From positions 1-62,547 of the IMG/VR virus record IMGVR_UViG_3300028585_000005: 62,547 nt of DNA; one strand, written 5' to 3'. The DNA comes from a virus. Taxonomy: Duplodnaviria > Caudoviricetes. The notes beneath the pieces are model-generated. The model had not been told where the DNA came from and searched no databases. It worked only from the letters and a program-made list of their open reading frames with translations. This document shows positions 27,073 to 35,693 of this stretch, piece after piece. How positions within the stretch are numbered: position 1 is the first letter of the stretch; the number at the start of each line of letters is the position of its first letter. Both the position numbers and the translations under genes were made by a program.

Positions 27073-27593
27073 GCTTGCCCTGCCTGCGACTCGACGCGCG
27101 CGAGCATCGCCAGCGCCTCCCGCTTCTGTCGTTCGTTCTTGAGGATCTCGAGGCGCATCACGGCAGGGATGGTCGAGCAGAGGGCGATGCCAGCGATGAG
27201 CGCACGGTTCGGGTCGCCGTCGGCCGCGAGCAGGAAGAGCGCTCCCGCGTAGCCCGTGATCAGACCGAGCAAGAATGACTTGGCCCACGCCTCGACCGTG
27301 GCGAGAGCCGGGAAGGCCAGGCCGAGGCCCGCGACCAGGGCTGCCAAGCCGAGAGCGATGGAGCCGGCGGTCGCCACGCCCTCGGGGAAGATCGTCTCGA
27401 TGACGGGCACCCCGTAGACGATGCCAGCGACCGATGAGGCGATGATGATCACGTCGTAGATCGGGAGCCAGACCCGCTTGATGTTGCGGAAGACCCACTC
27501 GGAAGCCGGGATGGCGTCGTGCGCCCAGATCGTGTGGCGCAGTGCGCGACTCCGACCCGCCCGCTCGAGGAGGCGATGCCGTAGAGAGCTCAT
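27069..27593 (-). CDS. Four-TM membrane protein (holin candidate)
   Basis: Four hydrophobic segments; directly downstream of the endolysin. Confidence 0.75.
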   Translation of the reverse strand: MSSLRHRLLERAGRSRALRHTIWAHDAIPASEWVFRNIKRVWLPIYDVIIIASSVAGIVYGVPVIETIFPEGVATAGSIALGLAALVAGLGLAFPALATVEAWAKSFLLGLITGYAGALFLLAADGDPNRALIAGIALCSTIPAVMRLEILKNERQKREALAMLARVESQAGQA

Positions 27594-27630
27594 CCGGCTC
27601 CCCCCTTCTGTCGGTCCATGATGCCACGCG

Positions 27631-27670
27631 AAAGCCCCCCGACCTGCACTTTCGTGCGGGGCGGGGGGCT
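27631..27670 (-). terminator. Terminator after the endolysin
   Basis: AGCCCCCCG/CGGGGGGCT stem with a short T run on the - strand. Confidence 0.6.
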
Positions 27671-27688
27671 GTCAACTTGCCGGGTGGA

Positions 27689-28762
27689 TCAGGTGACGGG
27701 AGCCGTCCACGCTGCGGCCCACGTGGCGGGACCGATCAGGCGGTCGACGTCGAGGCCCTTCTCGACCTGGAACGCCTCGGCGACGTCGCCCGTCTTGCCG
27801 CCGTAGAGGCCGTCCGCGGTGATCGCCCAGCCGCGGGCCTTCATCTGCGCCTGCCAGCGACGCAGGTCCTCGCGGTGCGAGAAGTAGCCCGAGACGCTCG
27901 CCGCCGGACCCGAGCGCGGGCCGAAGTACGACCCGGCCGGGAGCGGGAACGGCGGGGCGACCGCGGCCGGCGACGGAGCGGGTGCCGTGCCGTGCACGCC
28001 GGAGCGCAGGCGACCGACCGTGATGGGCCCGGCGAGGCCGTCGCGGTCGATGCCCTCGGCGACCTGGAACGCCATCAGCGCGGCGACGGTCTTTGGGCCC
28101 TTGACGCCGTCGGCGCCGGTCGGGCCGAGGTCGTAGCCCCGGGCGATGAGGAGCTGCTGGTACTCCTTGACGGAGGCCGCCTCGACGTACGCGCCGCCGG
28201 TGTTGCCCGCGCCGGTGCTGCCCGAGTAGGCCGGGGCCGCGCCCTTGCCCTGCTTCGCTCGCGCCATGTTGACGAGGCGGTCGAGGTCAAAGCCGCCGGG
28301 GCAGGCCGTGGCGTAGGAGGCGCGGTAGCGCGACCAGAGCTCGCGGTGCCCGATGACAGTGTCACGGTTCAGGTCGATGCCGTAGCGGTTGGCCGCGTCA
28401 GCGAGGACGTCGGACACGCTCTCGTAGGAGGCGTCGCTGATCGGCCACGCGCCGCCGGCCGAGAGGTTGGCGGTCTCGAAGGTGATCGACTGACGGTCCC
28501 AGGCCGCGCCCTTGCCGCCGTCGCTGGACGAGCCGGAGGTCCATGCGCGCTCCTCCTCCGGCACGACGCCGTAGACGGTGCCGTCGCGACCGACGACGTA
28601 GTTGCTCGAGACGGTGCGGCGGCCCGAGACCATCAGGGCGACGACGCCCGCGGCGTCCGTGGTCGCGGCGTGGTGGATGATGAACGACTTGACGCGCTGT
28701 CCGTTGCGCGAGCTCTTCTGGCTCGTGTTGCGGACGACGTCGGTGTGGCCGGAGAACGTCAT
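27689..28762 (-). CDS. Endolysin: N-acetylmuramoyl-L-alanine amidase with two peptidoglycan-binding domains
   Basis: IIHHAA, SSNYVV, RAWTSG, SITFE, VIGHRE, TACPG; ADG-x-x-GP-x-T...FQ...DG-x-x-GP twice. Confidence 0.92.
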   Translation of the reverse strand: MTFSGHTDVVRNTSQKSSRNGQRVKSFIIHHAATTDAAGVVALMVSGRRTVSSNYVVGRDGTVYGVVPEEERAWTSGSSSDGGKGAAWDRQSITFETANLSAGGAWPISDASYESVSDVLADAANRYGIDLNRDTVIGHRELWSRYRASYATACPGGFDLDRLVNMARAKQGKGAAPAYSGSTGAGNTGGAYVEAASVKEYQQLLIARGYDLGPTGADGVKGPKTVAALMAFQVAEGIDRDGLAGPITVGRLRSGVHGTAPAPSPAAVAPPFPLPAGSYFGPRSGPAASVSGYFSHREDLRRWQAQMKARGWAITADGLYGGKTGDVAEAFQVEKGLDVDRLIGPATWAAAWTAPVT

Positions 28763-28899
28763 GCGGGCACGTCGCTCTCGTCGTAGGGCGAGGCGTCCGG
28801 GTTCTCGTCGCCGCGGCCGTCGGTCACCTCAGCCAGGTGCTTCTCGTACTCGGCCTGGTCCTCGGGGGACATGGTCGGGTCGTCGTCGGTGCGTGCCAT
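28759..28899 (-). CDS. Small acidic protein (not in the ORF track)
   Basis: AAGGAG RBS; MARTDDDPTMSPEDQAEYEKHL...; ATGA overlap with the endolysin. Confidence 0.6.
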   Translation of the reverse strand: MARTDDDPTMSPEDQAEYEKHLAEVTDGRGDENPDASPYDESDVPA

Positions 28900-28935
28900 C
28901 GTGGCTCCTTCGTAGAGGGGTGGTTGGGCGCGAGT

Positions 28936-29439
28936 CTACTTCTCGAGCATCCTGGCCGTGAGCCAGTTCGACGGGCCGTTGTTGACCAGCGGGCCCGAGA
29001 CTGTGCCGCCGGCCGCGATGCAGAAGGCGATCACGTCGCCGATGGCACAGCGACGGATGAGCGTCGACCCGTGCGACGTGTTGGCGACGGTCGACGCCGC
29101 GCCACCGGTGGAGATGTCGAAGACGTTGTTGACGCGCCAGACCGTGTTGGCGAACGTGTTGCCCGTGCCGATCATGGCCCGGGCGGTGAACTCCCAGAGG
29201 CCCTCGCGCTGAACCGTGAACACGCCCGCCGCGTAGGAGAGGCCCGTACCGGCGACCGCCGTCCCGTCCACCTCGTTGTCCCAGACCAGGGGGCGCACGG
29301 TGGTGTCCCAGTTGAACGCGGTCTTGCGGGTGAGCTTGACGTAGGGCAGCCGGGCGCGCGTGCCGCCGGCCTGCTTGATCCGCTTCGCCTTCGCGTCCGC
29401 CTTGAGGTAATCGCCCTGCGTCTGGGGCCGCCAGTCCAT
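28936..29439 (-). CDS. Minor tail protein
   Basis: Position; C1q-like beta pattern (GVFTVQREGLWEFTA). Confidence 0.7.
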   Translation of the reverse strand: MDWRPQTQGDYLKADAKAKRIKQAGGTRARLPYVKLTRKTAFNWDTTVRPLVWDNEVDGTAVAGTGLSYAAGVFTVQREGLWEFTARAMIGTGNTFANTVWRVNNVFDISTGGAASTVANTSHGSTLIRRCAIGDVIAFCIAAGGTVSGPLVNNGPSNWLTARMLEK

Positions 29440-30515
29440 CAGGCGTCCTGCGTCGAAGCGGGGTAGAGCGACATCTGCACGGTCTCTCCCTTGTCGGTCT
29501 CGGTGACGGTGAGCTTCTGCAGCTTCTGCAGTTGGTTCACCTCGAAGCTGCCGATCTTGCCGCGCAGCGGGATGTAGATGCCGGGCACCCAGTAGTCCAT
29601 GTTCCCGAGGACGCCCTTCGGGTTGATCGACGAGTTCTCCGGCACCTTGATCGTCATGGGCGTCGGGTTCCGGCCGCGGAGGTTGCGCGCTGCCTGCTCG
29701 GTCAGCTCGGCCAGGGTCGGGCGAACCTCGTCGATCTCCTCGTCGTAGGCCGTGGCGATCAGCTCGACCTCGCCGTAGTAGGGATCGTTCCCGCCCGCCA
29801 TGCCCGCGACGCCCTGGCCGTCAGTGGCGTACGAGTGGGTCGCGAGCTCGGCGCCGTACCGCGCGACCGTCACGTCCGACAGGAAGTCGGCCTGCGTGGC
29901 GATCGGCGTCGTGCCCATCCGGCCGCGCGAGGTGTCCCAGATGTGGAGCGCCCGCCCGATCATGGTGTAGTCGATCCCGGCGCGGGCGGCGAGCGTCTCG
30001 AGGTGGCCGTAGACGGTGGACTGGTAGGGCGCGGTCGTCGTCGTCGTGCGTGCGTCGCCGGTCTGCGTGTAGGCGGTCAGGAAGCTCAGCAGGTTGTAGC
30101 CCATCGCCTCCTTGCGCGCGAGCTCGGCGCGCGCAATGCGCTCGATGCGGCGGGCGACGAACTCGACCGCCGTGCCGGCCGACGAGTAGCCCGCCCGCAT
30201 CGCGGTCCGGTTGTAGTAGTGCAGCGTGTCGTTCGCCGTGATCGAGAACTTGTCGCGCTCCTGCTTCGGGATGTTGCAGGGGCCCTCCCACACCCGCTGC
30301 TCGTTGCGGAAGATCACGAGCTCGTGGCGGCCGGGGTCGATGGACGCGAGGTTGTCGCCCTGGCGGTCGACCTCCTTGATCGGGATGTCGACGCTCGCCT
30401 CGGACATCTCGTCCCGCTCGCGGGTCCACTTGATCTTGCTGACGCCCTTGAGGTCGAACTTCATCTGCTTGCCGCCGCGATCGAAGATCTGCGCGGTGTG
30501 ATTCTCGATCGCCAC
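29439..30515 (-). CDS. Minor tail protein (hub/Tal-like)
   Basis: Second gene after the tape measure; HELVIFRN-x-x-RVWEGP motif. Confidence 0.8.
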   Translation of the reverse strand: MAIENHTAQIFDRGGKQMKFDLKGVSKIKWTRERDEMSEASVDIPIKEVDRQGDNLASIDPGRHELVIFRNEQRVWEGPCNIPKQERDKFSITANDTLHYYNRTAMRAGYSSAGTAVEFVARRIERIARAELARKEAMGYNLLSFLTAYTQTGDARTTTTTAPYQSTVYGHLETLAARAGIDYTMIGRALHIWDTSRGRMGTTPIATQADFLSDVTVARYGAELATHSYATDGQGVAGMAGGNDPYYGEVELIATAYDEEIDEVRPTLAELTEQAARNLRGRNPTPMTIKVPENSSINPKGVLGNMDYWVPGIYIPLRGKIGSFEVNQLQKLQKLTVTETDKGETVQMSLYPASTQDA

Positions 30516-30521
30516 GGGTAG

Positions 30522-33500
30522 CTACTCTTTCCGGGTGAGCTCGACCTGGATGTCGGCGATCCACCCCATGTTCGACTCGCCGCTGCCCTGCGGGAACTCT
30601 GCGGTCACGACGTAGGGTACCCCACACGTCAGCTCGGGCCAGTTGACCGGGCCTCCCGTCGAGGAGATGACGTTCTGGTCCGCGGGGATGGGAGCGTTCG
30701 CCTGGATCTGCGCAGTGGCCGAGCGAGTCACGCCGTCGAGCACGAAGGTCGTGTCCAGGGGGATGTAGGTGATCAGCATCTCCCCGCAGTAGCTCTCGGG
30801 GTCGACGTCCGCCGGGGCGTACCCGAAGGGGTTGGCGTAGAAGCGGAGCCGGAGGTTGCGCACGCTGGCCCCGGTGATCGTCCGCACCGTGACCGTCGGC
30901 ACAGCGAGCGCCCACGTCTCAACCAGGTCGGCAGGGATCTGCGCCCGACCGCGGGTCCAGACCTGCGTCTCAGGGAAGATCGCCCCGACGACCGGCGGCT
31001 TCGGCGGGGTGGGCTGCGCCGGAAGCGTCGGGTCGACCAGGCTCCGTGCTCCGATCTTCGTGCGCTCCGTGCGGACCGACGCCGAGTTGTTGCTCGTGCT
31101 CAGCCAGCTGTAGCTGTAGGTCGGAGTCTCGAGCATCGACCCGTGGAAGAAGTCGGGGTCGGTTGGGAAGGTGCCGCGGGTGAGGAAGAGCGCGGTGTAC
31201 TCGTAGTAGTCACCGGCGGCGGCGCTGGTGGAGGCGGAGCCGAATCGGACGGTTCCAGACAGAACGCCCTGAGAGTTCTGGGTCGTGATCGAGAGCTTCG
31301 TCCACACCCCCTTCTTGACGGTGATGGTGTTCGTGACGTCGGGAAGGATGCCGATGTTGTCTTCGAGCAAAGCGCTGATGAACATCGAGCGATCGGTCGA
31401 GGCGCGCACCCACACGGAGGCGTGAAAACCTGGCACGGTCGTTTCCGTGAACGACGACTGCGCGACCTGATCGTCGCCCGCTGTTGCCGTAGAGCGAGTG
31501 ATCCGGCGCAGCCGGGTGCCGAGCTGGCTGAGGCCCGGGATGCGCAGGTAGACGTCGCTGACGACGGAGCCGACAGAGTTGGCAGGGACGGGGGAGTAGG
31601 TGCTGCTGATGTTGATGGGGTTGGCGGCGTAGTTTCGCGAGACAAGCTGGGGCGAGGCGTAGAGCCCCAGGCCTCGAAGCCACCACCGCTCGTCCATCTC
31701 CGCCTTGATGCGACGACCGAGCATGGCCGGGTTCTCGGCGACGAGCAGCATCGAGAAGCGCACAGCGACGCCGCCACTGACTCGCATCCGCTCGATCTCG
31801 GTGGGCCCCTCGACGACGGAGACGCCGTGGAAGCTGCGCTGGTAGGGGTCGAGCTGCTCGTCCATGGTGATCTCGGTGAGCGGGACCCAGGTGAACTGAG
31901 TCGAAGGCAGGCGGCCCTGGACGGCGCGCAGGAAGGGCCGGGCTCGGCCATCCTCATGCGAGACGTAGAGCCCGCCCTGCCAGGTCGTCTTCGACGGCGA
32001 GGCGTAGGGCGTGCTCGTCCAGCGGGTCGAATACTCCTGCTTGATCCCGAGGTCGGCCGCCAGGTTCAGCAGGTCCGGCCGCGGTGCGATGACCGAGTCG
32101 CCGTCGAAGTAGTCGTAGACCACGGAGGCGTTCTCGACGAGCATCTGATCGAGATCCACCCGGCCTTTCGCGACGACGCGCAGTCGCACGCTGCGGCCGA
32201 ACTGGGTCACGAGCGAGATCCGCTCCCAGACCTCGCCGCCAACGAAGGTGCGCGTGGCGAGCACGGTGCCGTCATCGGTCGAGACCATCGAGGCGGTGAT
32301 CTCGGCGGACTCCCGGGAGCGGACGGCGAGCGAGGCGACCATGGGGCCGTAGACGCCGACGACTGGCGAGACTTCGAGGGTCGACGCCGTGCGCGTGCCG
32401 GAGATGAGCCTGCTCGCGCTGCTCGCATCGCCCAGCAGGTAGAACGCTTCGCCCGTCTGGGTCGCAGTGCTGGCCGTGGCTCCCGAGAAGTACGGCGTGA
32501 GGGCGACCCCGTCGTCCTGCGCGTAGAGCCAGTCGTCGAGGTAGAACCCGTCGGTCACGCCGTCGCGCCCCGCGACGGTCGCCTGCAGGTAGGCGCGCGT
32601 GCTGGCCGTCCCGGCCGGCGCGGTCGCCTGCAAGCTCACGTCGACAGCCGGGGCCACGCCCGTGGGCAGCACGGCGGTCGACGCCATCGAGCCGTCGAAG
32701 TAGTCGCCGGTGTCGCCGACCATGAGGCGTCGCGCGTCGAACGTGTCGCCGACCGCTCGCGCCCCCAAGCCCGTGCCCACATAGACGAGCATGGTCACGG
32801 CCCTGGCGGGTGCCGTGACGCTGACCTGGTGCCGGGTGAAGGTGGCCGCGTTTGTGGCCGCCGTGGTCGTGAACGGGGTGATCGACAGGTAGGTGCCGTC
32901 GCGGTCGTACCAGTACGCGAAGATGCTCATCGGCTGCGCGGTGGAGGAACGCAGTTCGATCGAGAACGGGACGACCTCGCCGGGGAAGACGCGCATCGCC
33001 CACTGCCCGGCCGTAGCGCCGATGACGATGCGCTGAGCGTTCGACCCGACGGTGGCGTCGGTGATCGTGGCGCGTACGAAGTCGGCCCCGAGGCTGACGT
33101 CGGCACGAGAGCCGCCGATCGCCGAGAGGCTCGTGCCGTTGACCGGGTTCGGGGCGCGGTTAACGCGCCGCCCGGCCGAGTCGTCGCGCACCGACGGGGA
33201 GCCGTTGACGGGGCCGAGCCATGCGTAGCGGACACCGCTGATCGGGACGATGGTGTCGCCGTCGAGGTAGGCCCCGAGGACGCCGGCCTCCTCGATCATC
33301 AGGCCGGTCGCCTTGACCACCGTGCCGGCCACACCGGTCATGTAGATGTCCTGCCAGGCCGCCATGTACGCGGCCCCGGCGGGCGCGGTGACCGTGCTGG
33401 CGAGCCGAACCCAGGTGTTCGCACCGAAGACGGGCACGTTGGGCCCGAAGACGTTGTAAATCAGCGCGCCGGACTGGTCGAAGAACGCGACCGTCATCCG

Positions 33501-35684
33501 TCGCGCCCCGCCGTCGCCGCCGTAGTTCACGGGCACGTTCGACCAGAAGTACGACGACAGGGTGAAGACCTGGCCGGGCTTCACCGGCATGCCGCCGTTG
33601 CCGTTGTTCATGTGCGAGAACGCGACGTCGAACAGGTTGCTCGACCCGCCATTGTCGACGACGGTCCAGACCTTCTCGAGGTAGCTCGTCAGGTGCGGGG
33701 TCGGGCCGTCGGACTGTGCGGTGCGCGCGGTGATCGTGCCGTTGTTGTTGCCGCCGCCGAACCACCGGGCCTGGAATCCGCGCAGGGCGGTGCCGATCGA
33801 GGTGAGCAGGGCCCGCGGGTCGGTGGCCAGGTTCGAGCGCTTCGTCTCGCCCTGGTAGCGCTCCGACGTCGACGCGCCAGCAGCGCCCGTCCACCGGTGG
33901 AAGGTGCCGATTGGTGCCGTCTTGACCCTGGTCGAGTAGGCGGTCTCGGTTCCGATCTGCGCCGACGTCGAGTCGAAGAATCGGCACTGCATCTCGTAGG
34001 TGCGAGCGCCGAAGCTCGTCCACGACGGACGCACTCGGGCGCGCTGCTGCCACTTCTGGTCGGGGGCCGCGGGCGACGACGTGCCCGCCGGGCTCGCGTA
34101 GTACGGGCTGAGCGCCGTTGCGTAGTCCTGCTCGACCAGGGCCGCGTCAGCCGTCACGCCGAGTCCCACGCCGGACGCGGGCGACACCTTCGCTCGGTAG
34201 GCGTTGACCGGCATCGGCCCCGCCGGGTTCATGTCGGGGTTGGGGACCGTGTTCGTGACGACCTTGGCGCCCGTCTGTCGGGTCGACGGCGACCCGTTCG
34301 GCGTGCCGGTCCAGGCGTGGATCACCTTGCCCGGGAAGACCCCGTCGTAGGCATCGGAGCCGTCGAAGTAGTCCCCGAGGACCGCGCCGCCCTCGAGCAG
34401 CGCGCCCCCGACCGACATCGACGCGACGGGTGCCGAGATCCGCACGACGTAGCTCTTGCCGACGGAGAGCTGCGCGACGAGCCGGGTGTAGCCCGCGTTC
34501 GCGTCGACAGCCTGTCGGGCGACGGAGGTCTGAGCTCCGAAGTTGTCGGTGACGGTGATCTCAACCTGGGTCGAGCTGCTGGTCGCGACGTAAACCGACA
34601 GCGTCGACAGCATGGGCGCGCCCGACTCGCGCACGGGGCCCTGGGCCGAGAACTCCGCGTAGAGCGGGGCCTCAAAATCGGTGCGGACGAAGCCGCCATA
34701 GGGCAGCCCGATGGGGCCGCCGTCGGCGACGGCCGTGAACCTGCCGTTGGTGCGCCACGGGGACGCGGCCGAGTCGAGGGTGAAGCGCGGATCGGGCACC
34801 CAGTTAGTGCGGACGGACGAGCCATCGGTCGGAGACATCCGGGCGTGCGCGCCACCATCGACACCGAAGGCGGTCTCGCGCGAGAGGGCAGCGGTTCCGG
34901 CGGTCACGCTGACGCCGTTCAGTCCGGCGGTGAAGCTCGGGTTGCTCAGCAGGTTCGTCCGCTGCAGCAGCAGCGGCTTCTCCACCTCCTCGAGGACGTC
35001 GCCCGAGTCGATGTCGAGCAAGCCCCACGACAGCTCGACGCCGTCGCCCTGCCCCGCGTTCACGGCCCACGCGCCACGGATCGGCTGCTCGATGTCACGG
35101 GTAGCGGCGAAGCGGTAGATGAGATCGGCGCCAGGGCTGATGGAGCCGGTGTTGACGGCTTGCGCCTTCGCCCAGTCGATTCGCTTCGAGTAGAGGCTGG
35201 CGCAGACCTCGGGCTTGTCCAGGAAGAAGGTCAGGTCGGACATGCCGCAGGCTTCGTGCATCCCGCACTGGTCGCCCTCCGCGATCTTGCGCAGCCACGA
35301 CAGACCAGCCTCGGCGCCGAGGTCATCCTCGGCCACGACCATGCCGGTGTAGCGCATCTCGCGCGTGGCCGCCCGGCCGTCGCCGACGGTGCCGCCCTCG
35401 ACGATGGACTCGGTAACCTCGGCCGTGCGCGTCGAGTCGCTGACGCCCTTGATGCTGATCGGCAGGATGCCCAGGAACTTGTGGGTCGCAGGGTCGCGCT
35501 CGTCCACCCACGGTGCGTCGTCCAGCAGCGGCGACGTGTAGGGCTCCTCCTCGAGGGCGACGTGCAGCCCGTCGTGCAGCGGGTCCTGGCGCAGGGCGTG
35601 GAAGCCCCGGTTGCGGGCGTAGCTCTGCACCCGGTCCGCGTTGCCGATCTCGATGCCACCGAGGGACAAGAAGCCTTCGTACAA
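30522..35684 (-). CDS. Large minor tail protein (distal-tail-like, with inserted carbohydrate-binding-like modules)
   Basis: Follows the tape measure; repeated RTN-x-x-x-NP, YFDG and W-x-G-x-x-x-x-S-x-S module borders. Confidence 0.85.
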   Translation of the reverse strand: MYEGFLSLGGIEIGNADRVQSYARNRGFHALRQDPLHDGLHVALEEEPYTSPLLDDAPWVDERDPATHKFLGILPISIKGVSDSTRTAEVTESIVEGGTVGDGRAATREMRYTGMVVAEDDLGAEAGLSWLRKIAEGDQCGMHEACGMSDLTFFLDKPEVCASLYSKRIDWAKAQAVNTGSISPGADLIYRFAATRDIEQPIRGAWAVNAGQGDGVELSWGLLDIDSGDVLEEVEKPLLLQRTNLLSNPSFTAGLNGVSVTAGTAALSRETAFGVDGGAHARMSPTDGSSVRTNWVPDPRFTLDSAASPWRTNGRFTAVADGGPIGLPYGGFVRTDFEAPLYAEFSAQGPVRESGAPMLSTLSVYVATSSSTQVEITVTDNFGAQTSVARQAVDANAGYTRLVAQLSVGKSYVVRISAPVASMSVGGALLEGGAVLGDYFDGSDAYDGVFPGKVIHAWTGTPNGSPSTRQTGAKVVTNTVPNPDMNPAGPMPVNAYRAKVSPASGVGLGVTADAALVEQDYATALSPYYASPAGTSSPAAPDQKWQQRARVRPSWTSFGARTYEMQCRFFDSTSAQIGTETAYSTRVKTAPIGTFHRWTGAAGASTSERYQGETKRSNLATDPRALLTSIGTALRGFQARWFGGGNNNGTITARTAQSDGPTPHLTSYLEKVWTVVDNGGSSNLFDVAFSHMNNGNGGMPVKPGQVFTLSSYFWSNVPVNYGGDGGARRMTVAFFDQSGALIYNVFGPNVPVFGANTWVRLASTVTAPAGAAYMAAWQDIYMTGVAGTVVKATGLMIEEAGVLGAYLDGDTIVPISGVRYAWLGPVNGSPSVRDDSAGRRVNRAPNPVNGTSLSAIGGSRADVSLGADFVRATITDATVGSNAQRIVIGATAGQWAMRVFPGEVVPFSIELRSSTAQPMSIFAYWYDRDGTYLSITPFTTTAATNAATFTRHQVSVTAPARAVTMLVYVGTGLGARAVGDTFDARRLMVGDTGDYFDGSMASTAVLPTGVAPAVDVSLQATAPAGTASTRAYLQATVAGRDGVTDGFYLDDWLYAQDDGVALTPYFSGATASTATQTGEAFYLLGDASSASRLISGTRTASTLEVSPVVGVYGPMVASLAVRSRESAEITASMVSTDDGTVLATRTFVGGEVWERISLVTQFGRSVRLRVVAKGRVDLDQMLVENASVVYDYFDGDSVIAPRPDLLNLAADLGIKQEYSTRWTSTPYASPSKTTWQGGLYVSHEDGRARPFLRAVQGRLPSTQFTWVPLTEITMDEQLDPYQRSFHGVSVVEGPTEIERMRVSGGVAVRFSMLLVAENPAMLGRRIKAEMDERWWLRGLGLYASPQLVSRNYAANPINISSTYSPVPANSVGSVVSDVYLRIPGLSQLGTRLRRITRSTATAGDDQVAQSSFTETTVPGFHASVWVRASTDRSMFISALLEDNIGILPDVTNTITVKKGVWTKLSITTQNSQGVLSGTVRFGSASTSAAAGDYYEYTALFLTRGTFPTDPDFFHGSMLETPTYSYSWLSTSNNSASVRTERTKIGARSLVDPTLPAQPTPPKPPVVGAIFPETQVWTRGRAQIPADLVETWALAVPTVTVRTITGASVRNLRLRFYANPFGYAPADVDPESYCGEMLITYIPLDTTFVLDGVTRSATAQIQANAPIPADQNVISSTGGPVNWPELTCGVPYVVTAEFPQGSGESNMGWIADIQVELTRKE

Positions 35685-35693
35685 GGGTGCCTC

